From positions 1 through 41,435 of the forward strand of contig JAGHSG010000055.1 of assembly GCA_018066005.1 (NCBI GenBank): a stretch of DNA of 41,435 nucleotides. The letters run 5' to 3'. Below the pieces are notes generated by a model. It was not told where the DNA came from. It searched no databases and was given only the letters and a program-made list of their open reading frames with translations. Numbering within the stretch: the stretch's first letter is position 1; each line of letters opens with the position of its first letter. The position numbers were made by a program, and so were the translations under genes. The DNA comes from Bacteroidales bacterium. Its GTDB lineage: Bacteria; Bacteroidota; Bacteroidia; Bacteroidales; Paludibacteraceae. Positions 35,847 through 41,435 of the stretch are shown here, one piece after another.

Positions 35847-38800
35847 TTATTGCAGACGTTGTCCTACGGCATTGTAGGTTCCAAACGGAGTAACGAGGAT
35901 GATTTGTCGGTTAGACCAATATTTCTTGGTTTTTCCGCTTTCTTCCCAAGGACGAATTACATCCATTTCCGTTGGCGTAGGGGATTTTTTAATCAGAACG
36001 GGATAGCTGGCCCCTTGCTCAAATTCGGAACCTAATTTGGTTGCAACCGTTCCGTCCTTCATTTGTGTGTCGGTAGCGGAGGTAACCTCTGCAGCAGCAG
36101 GAGTACCGCTTCCGTAAGCGTTGGTGCAAGATGTTTCAAGGTAGTAGCAGTTGATTAATTGCACTTTTGTACCGTCTGCATTTCCAGCAATCGCACCCAA
36201 AGCACATGCAGCGGTTGTTGCCTGTCCTTGAGCAGCGCGGTCATCTTTGATGGCACCGTAGTTATAGCAGTTCTTCACAGTAATAGCGCGGTCTGTAGAA
36301 GATGATTTAGCATATCCCACGATACCGCCCATGCGAGCAGCAAAGTCTCGTTGCAGACCCATCGTGCAAAGGCTATAGCAGTTGGTTATGCGGGTGTTGA
36401 AACCATAACCGAGAATACCTCCGTATATACCGTTTCGGCGGATACGCCATGTACCGGAAGCATAGCAGCGGTTGATGATATTCACATCCTCGCTGGAATT
36501 ATCGCGTCCGCAAATCAGTCCTACAGCACCTGTTTCCGTGTTGGTAAAGAGGTTCATATTAACGGAACAATCTTCGATAAGCGACCCCATCATACCTCCG
36601 CAAAGGATACCGCATCCAAGAGTAACAGGAGCAGGCGTTCCCTCTCGGTTATAGTGACACTCTTCTGTACCGCTCAGGCGGATATTGCGCAGCGTAGCAT
36701 GGTCGATTAATCCGAACAGCCCCACAAACGTCATTTGACCTAAGACAGGATCTTCTTCGCTATAGATGCAGAAGCCGGAAATCTTGTAGTCTTGGCCATT
36801 GTATGTGCCCTTAAAAGGAGTTGTCTCCGAACCAATCGGTGTTTTCCAACTAAGCGATTTAGTATGGTTCATATCAATATCTGCCGTCTGAATGGCACTA
36901 ATTGTATTCGAGCCGCGATTGACAGCCGCAGCGAACTCCTCTAAGTCAGCACGCGAAGCGATGGTATAGGTGATATCCTTCGCCTCGGCGGTATTGAGTA
37001 TGAGGGTGTAGTTGCCTTCGTGTATTTTATCCTCAGCTACCACTTTGATGCGTATCTCGGTGGATGTACCGGCTTCGGGGGCAGCGACTTCATAGTATCC
37101 GCGGATATCGGTGTCAGGTATGTCGGCTTTGCCTTGATACAAGAACGGAGATGCCTTGGTAGAGGTCGGCAATACCCATAATTGCATCGTTGACATGTCT
37201 TGATCTACGGGGCATGTGTATTCCTTTTGTCCTTCTACCAGCGGTATATTCATACCATTGACACGCAGCGTAACTAATGTTGAATCATCATCGCTGACCA
37301 CAGGAACGAGCGGTTCCTTATAATCGGTCAATTCGGTCACGTTGAAGGGGTGCTCTATAGCAGCCTGTGCAGCAGCGCGGCACATATTGGAGCAATAGTC
37401 ATCCAACGTAGTTGGTTGATAGATAATGTCCTTAGGTTCAGTGCCAAAGATGCGATTATACCAGCACAACGATGCTATATAGCGTCCGTAGTTATAATCC
37501 AGATGATAGCCGTCACGGTTGAGCGTATGTCCTACATAAGAAGTACGGGCATTCTGTATGGCTGTTCCGGCAGGAATGACCATGATGGTATCTATACCGG
37601 TGTATTTCATAATGGCTTTGGTAGCATTAACGATGCTGTCATACATGACTTGTGTGTCCTTGCCATACAGATCGAAAGCCTTATAGGTAGATGTTGAGTC
37701 GTATGCCCACGTCATATACATACCTATCTTGACATACGGATTGGAGCAAGATGCTTTAATATCAGCAATCAGGGTCTTGATATGGGGTATATACGACTTA
37801 ACGATACCGGCACTATCATGGTCGGATTGGATGTAGACGTAATCCCACGGTTCGTCCTCAATAGCGCCACGCAGGGTAGCGGAGTTGGAACCGGTGGAAG
37901 ACATATTGCCTTCGGGGTCAAACTTGTAGTAGTTATACTTCTTGGCGTTGGTCTCATAGAACGTAGCGTGCTCGCTCTGCCATGTACCACCACGGTAAGG
38001 ATAACCCACAATGGCTTTCTTGCCTTGACCGATGACAATAGGCATCATGTGTTGCTGCAAAGCATCCATCGTGAAACTATTTCCGATACCCAAGATACGA
38101 ACGGTATCACTCGGAACCCATTTTTCCAGGACTCTCAAACTATACGTTGTGGTGACATCTCCCCAAGCGGCTTGGACGGTAACATTACCGGCTTTCAGAC
38201 CGGTCACTTCACCGGTAGCAGCATCGATAGTAGCCACACCGTCGTTCGCACCTACGATGCTATAAACGATAGCCGTTGCGTCATCACGGTTGTCAATGAG
38301 TTGGTCATTGGTAAAGGTGGTGGCTTGAGTCAAATCAAGCGTAGCATACTTTTGGGTGTAGTACAAATAAGGTACTATCTCAAAGGCATCAAAGGTGATA
38401 CGGCCGTTTGCAGTCAGCGGTGTACCAGATTCGGTAGTGTACGATTTATTCTCTAACTTGATAGCGGTGTTCTTCTTGGCAGATACATTTTGAGCGAAGA
38501 AGAAATGCTCCAAGGTAGTTGCTCCACTGGGGTCTGTAACCACGTATTCCATCGGATATTCGGTATCGTTGATGGTGGCCACGAGTTTCAGCGTTGCACC
38601 TTTCTCGCTTGCCCATTGTTTCCAATTGAACGAGAAGTATTTGATACCGCCTTCAAGTGTCGTTTTGGAATCAATAAATCCTGTAGCAAAGATATTATTT
38701 CCTTGAACACCTGTTCCGCCGATGGTATCGTTATCGCCACGACGAGCATAATAAGTTTGCCAAGTAATATCTATATCGCCCTTCACGGCTTCGCCTCCTG

Positions 38801-41297
38801 CGGTTGAAATCAAACCCTTAGGCATTTGAGTGAAGTGCTCTACAAGTTTTTTGTCGGTTGCTATACCGGTACGAACAATCAACGTATAAGAATCTTGCCA
38901 TGCCAAGTATTTCTGTGTTTCTTCCATGGTGGCAGTGATTACAGCCGTACCGATACCTTTAATCGTTACCTTACCATCAGCATCCACTTCTGCCACGGAG
39001 GTATTATCACTCGTGTAAGCAGGAGTAGCATCGCCGGCAGTAATGACTACTGCATTGGTAAAGGAACCATCGGCAAGAACTTTCTCCACTTTGCCTTCGG
39101 TAGCAAACTTAGCATCTACATTTCCCTTGGAGTTGATGGTTAATGTATAGGTAGTCTTTGCCTCGCCGTATGCGGCTTGAACGGTAACGGTACCGGTTTT
39201 CTGGCAAGTTACCTCACCGGTGGAAGCATCGATAGAAGCCACACCGTCGTTATCACCTACTATGCTATAAACGATAGCCGTTGCGTCATCGCGGTTGTCA
39301 ATGAGTTGGTCATTGGTAAAGGTGGCGGCTTTGGTCATATCTATCGTAGTATCTTTTGCGGTATAGAAGATATACGGAGTAATGGAGATAGGACCAATCT
39401 GCAAGGCAGTCGTGCTTTGCGGATTAGCAATCTTCAGTTTTGTATTGCTCTTTATACCAAAGTTACTATTGAATACAAGGTCGGGGTCGTTTTGGTTATA
39501 GGCCTCACCCGTTTGAACCTCCTTTGTAAGTGTACGTTCTACACCTCCTGCTATTACGCTGACGGAAACAGGAGTAGCAGTTTTGTTAAACTTATTCCAC
39601 AGGAATCCTACACGTTTAATACCACCTTCGATGGTAGTCTCCATCGAAGCGCCTCCGTTACCGGCCAGCCAGATAGAAGGTGTTTTATTAAAGAGTATAT
39701 CCGATTCTTTCGTGCGAACACCGGTAGTGATTGTCCAAGTGTAGTATGCACCTACCCGATCAGCCGCGGACGCACCTCCGGAGTTTCTCTCAAACGTCTC
39801 AACGTAAGCATCTTCTTTGGGGTCGGTAATGGTTAATGCATAACTTGCCTCAGCAGCCGCATACGTCTTGCAAGCGGCAATCTTAGCCGTGATGGTGGTT
39901 GCACCTTCGCCAATAATGGTAATCACGCCTTCGGCATTTACGGTAGCCACCGTCTCGTCGCTACTTGTGTATGTGATTGCACCGTCACCGTCTTTCGTTA
40001 AGGTGTTAACATAACCGATGACATTCATATCTTTTTCCACAGCGTCTCCGTCTGCAAAACTAACAGTAGGAACAGGCAAGGTATTGATATGTAAACTCAT
40101 CGTTGTATAGGCATCTTCGTATGTTGCCTTAACCGTAATATCTTCAGCGGTTGTTACTTTGGACATATCAACAACACCCGTCGTTGCATCAATTGTTGCT
40201 TGGGCACCCTCGGTAACGATGCTGTATGTCACCACTCCGCCCAAGGTGTTGTTAATCAACCCAGTCGTTGCATCGTAGGTTTTATCCGCAGCATTCGCGG
40301 TTTGAGCCTTTTGGGTGTAACGGATATAAGGAATGATGGTGATAGGACCAACAACGATACGATTACCATTTACTCCCTCTAAGCGCAAGGTAGCATTGGA
40401 TTTAACCTCCGGAGAGAACATGAATGTTCTATCGGCAGGTCGGCTTGCTGTTGTGGTACCGGTAAAAGTGTCATCCTGGGTTTTGTCACCAACTGTGACG
40501 GTGATTTTCTCGGTTTTATCGGTTTCTTTTGCAGTAGCACCCTGATTCCATAAGAATGAAAGAGCTTTGACACCACCTTCAGCCGTGGTTTGCATGTGCG
40601 GATTAGCCGCCCATCCTATACCTACACCGGGAGTGTTATTGGTTTTTAGTTTATCCATATCATTGGACGGATTCGTATGTCTGATTCCTTCCATCTCCCA
40701 TTCTCCGTAGGTACCTAATTTGGTCGTTGCGGCTGTATTGTGATTCCACAACGTATCTCCAACAGGATCTCTGAACTCCTCTATTAAGGATTGTTCTACT
40801 AATTCATACGTAACTGTGAATTGGGTAATACGGGCATTAATATTGGTAGAAGAACTACTTGCAGCGGTACAACCTACATACAAAGTGGCGGATTGTTTAT
40901 CCACAGTTACAGAAGAGCCACTTGCTATTTGGTCTGCTTCAGCAATGCCAAACCCTGACTTAAAACTCAGTATTCCGCTGTTTTGGGGGCTATAAGTGAT
41001 TTTGATGGTTTTAATTATATACCCCAGAGCAGCACTAATGGTAAATTCGCCATTAGAATCACCTTGGTACATATACCATTTACTGCTGGTATAATAACCA
41101 TTCGGGTAAACACATATCTTGTCCGAAGATGTTTTAGCGGCTACTGAGATGACATCATTCATGGTGAATGACTGATAAGCCGTAGCATTTGCCCAACCAT
41201 GCATGGTTGCTAATTGGTCAACGGTTTTCGTTACTGTCTCACCCCATGCCAACATTGTAGCGCAGAGGGCGAGGGTTAATAATACTTGTTTTTTCAT
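35847..41297 (-). CDS. Giant secreted surface protein: three copies of an uncharacterised module with Big_2 domains, plus a DUF4886/SGNH-like domain, a cadherin-like sandwich and a GLUG-repeat domain
   Basis: 1816 aa with an SPI signal. The DUF4886-like segment RILGIGNSFTMDA lies at nt 37338-38105. The cadherin-like segment lies at nt 36990-37286. GLUG-type repeats (GGILGYG...ITNCY, GGIVGYA...VKNCYNYG) lie at nt 36108-36965. Confidence 0.85.
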   Translation of the reverse strand: MKKQVLLTLALCATMLAWGETVTKTVDQLATMHGWANATAYQSFTMNDVISVAAKTSSDKICVYPNGYYTSSKWYMYQGDSNGEFTISAALGYIIKTIKITYSPQNSGILSFKSGFGIAEADQIASGSSVTVDKQSATLYVGCTAASSSSTNINARITQFTVTYELVEQSLIEEFRDPVGDTLWNHNTAATTKLGTYGEWEMEGIRHTNPSNDMDKLKTNNTPGVGIGWAANPHMQTTAEGGVKALSFLWNQGATAKETDKTEKITVTVGDKTQDDTFTGTTTASRPADRTFMFSPEVKSNATLRLEGVNGNRIVVGPITIIPYIRYTQKAQTANAADKTYDATTGLINNTLGGVVTYSIVTEGAQATIDATTGVVDMSKVTTAEDITVKATYEDAYTTMSLHINTLPVPTVSFADGDAVEKDMNVIGYVNTLTKDGDGAITYTSSDETVATVNAEGVITIIGEGATTITAKIAACKTYAAAEASYALTITDPKEDAYVETFERNSGGASAADRVGAYYTWTITTGVRTKESDILFNKTPSIWLAGNGGASMETTIEGGIKRVGFLWNKFNKTATPVSVSVIAGGVERTLTKEVQTGEAYNQNDPDLVFNSNFGIKSNTKLKIANPQSTTALQIGPISITPYIFYTAKDTTIDMTKAATFTNDQLIDNRDDATAIVYSIVGDNDGVASIDASTGEVTCQKTGTVTVQAAYGEAKTTYTLTINSKGNVDAKFATEGKVEKVLADGSFTNAVVITAGDATPAYTSDNTSVAEVDADGKVTIKGIGTAVITATMEETQKYLAWQDSYTLIVRTGIATDKKLVEHFTQMPKGLISTAGGEAVKGDIDITWQTYYARRGDNDTIGGTGVQGNNIFATGFIDSKTTLEGGIKYFSFNWKQWASEKGATLKLVATINDTEYPMEYVVTDPSGATTLEHFFFAQNVSAKKNTAIKLENKSYTTESGTPLTANGRITFDAFEIVPYLYYTQKYATLDLTQATTFTNDQLIDNRDDATAIVYSIVGANDGVATIDAATGEVTGLKAGNVTVQAAWGDVTTTYSLRVLEKWVPSDTVRILGIGNSFTMDALQQHMMPIVIGQGKKAIVGYPYRGGTWQSEHATFYETNAKKYNYYKFDPEGNMSSTGSNSATLRGAIEDEPWDYVYIQSDHDSAGIVKSYIPHIKTLIADIKASCSNPYVKIGMYMTWAYDSTSTYKAFDLYGKDTQVMYDSIVNATKAIMKYTGIDTIMVIPAGTAIQNARTSYVGHTLNRDGYHLDYNYGRYIASLCWYNRIFGTEPKDIIYQPTTLDDYCSNMCRAAAQAAIEHPFNVTELTDYKEPLVPVVSDDDSTLVTLRVNGMNIPLVEGQKEYTCPVDQDMSTMQLWVLPTSTKASPFLYQGKADIPDTDIRGYYEVAAPEAGTSTEIRIKVVAEDKIHEGNYTLILNTAEAKDITYTIASRADLEEFAAAVNRGSNTISAIQTADIDMNHTKSLSWKTPIGSETTPFKGTYNGQDYKISGFCIYSEEDPVLGQMTFVGLFGLIDHATLRNIRLSGTEECHYNREGTPAPVTLGCGILCGGMMGSLIEDCSVNMNLFTNTETGAVGLICGRDNSSEDVNIINRCYASGTWRIRRNGIYGGILGYGFNTRITNCYSLCTMGLQRDFAARMGGIVGYAKSSSTDRAITVKNCYNYGAIKDDRAAQGQATTAACALGAIAGNADGTKVQLINCYYLETSCTNAYGSGTPAAAEVTSATDTQMKDGTVATKLGSEFEQGASYPVLIKKSPTPTEMDVIRPWEESGKTKKYWSNRQIILVTPFGTYNAVGQRLQ
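38168..38336 (-). repeat. Intragenic direct repeat, copy 2 (in the giant gene)
   Basis: It aligns without gaps to 39173-39341. A 62-nt core (38259-38320) differs from 39264-39325 at a single position. Confidence 0.95.
39173..39341 (-). repeat. Intragenic direct repeat, copy 1 (in the giant gene)
   Basis: It lies exactly 1005 nt (335 codons) from copy 2. It encodes ATFTNDQLIDNRDDATAIVYSIVG..., against TTFTNDQLIDNRDDATAIVYSIVG... in copy 2. Confidence 0.95.
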
Positions 41298-41334
41298 TAC
41301 GAATAATAATTAATGCCTTAAAACTATTTTGCAA

Positions 41335-41435
41335 TTATTCTGTTGGAATGGGGCTAAACTCTTTGCCATTAACCGGCGAGCCACCAATAACTACTCCAAG
41401 CACATCTGTGCACGGGAGCAACATAATCTCTAAAC
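41335..41435 (-). CDS. 3' end of an unidentified upstream gene (partial, runs off the window)
   Basis: An open frame runs from the right edge and reads ...LEIMLLPCTDVLGVVIGGSPVNGKEFSPIPTE, with the stop at 41337-41335. This is 37 nt before the giant gene's ATG. The function cannot be determined. Confidence 0.35.
   Translation of the reverse strand, partial: LEIMLLPCTDVLGVVIGGSPVNGKEFSPIPTE

Noticed and set aside
1-41435. Mobile elements, prophage, defence islands, toxin-antitoxin pairs or a DGR targeting the giant repeat protein
   Set aside because: No integrase, transposase, recombinase, reverse transcriptase, restriction-modification or Cas-like ORF is present among the ORFs. No long terminal inverted repeats or tRNA-flanked direct repeats were seen. 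The tRNA-Arg has no duplicated 3' half nearby.

Overview
Chromosomal segment of a Bacteroidales-type bacterium. This is inferred from the 16S 5' end, TTTG/TAnnTTTG promoters, SusC/SusD genes and the lack of Shine-Dalgarno spacing. I saw no integrase, transposase, CRISPR array or phage genes.

Gene content, left to right:
- 1-141: 5' end of a 16S rRNA gene (minus strand) with two tandem upstream promoters.
- 739-1697: tRNA-Arg(TCT) followed by rpoD.
- 1909-11988: a tight seven-gene minus-strand operon. It encodes a sugar nucleotidyltransferase, a glycogen-debranching-type enzyme, a GT4 glycosyltransferase, a GH57 enzyme, an outer-membrane beta-barrel, a ClpC-type AAA+ protein and thioredoxin.
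- 12179-14910: a plus-strand housekeeping block with a GldD-like lipoprotein, PcrB/GGGP synthase, TadA and DusB.
- 14883-17458: a pair of outer-membrane barrels, one carrying a ComEA-like helix-hairpin-helix domain.
- 17527-18261: a membrane protein.
- 18589-21995: malQ (GH77 with CBM20) coupled to an esterase.
- 22018-41297: a ~19 kb minus-strand SusC/SusD locus with no recognisable classical glycoside hydrolase. It encodes a 1816-aa multidomain surface protein, two EEP-family phosphoesterases, beta-helix proteins, an OPA-type sugar-phosphate MFS transporter and an LmbE deacetylase fused to a degenerate NagB domain.

The most unusual signals read directly from the sequence:
1. Arrays of tandem mini-hairpins with a constant A-rich linker and variable, self-complementary GC-rich stems. 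They occur in the GT4/GH57 intergenic gap, in the 5' UTR of the GldD-like gene, and in frame inside that same gene.
2. An 8-bp tandem repeat inside dusB.
3. A ~320-nt promoter-proximal structured leader upstream of malQ.
4. The atypical phosphoesterase-rich SusC/SusD locus, with a repeated uncharacterised module and near-identical intragenic repeats.
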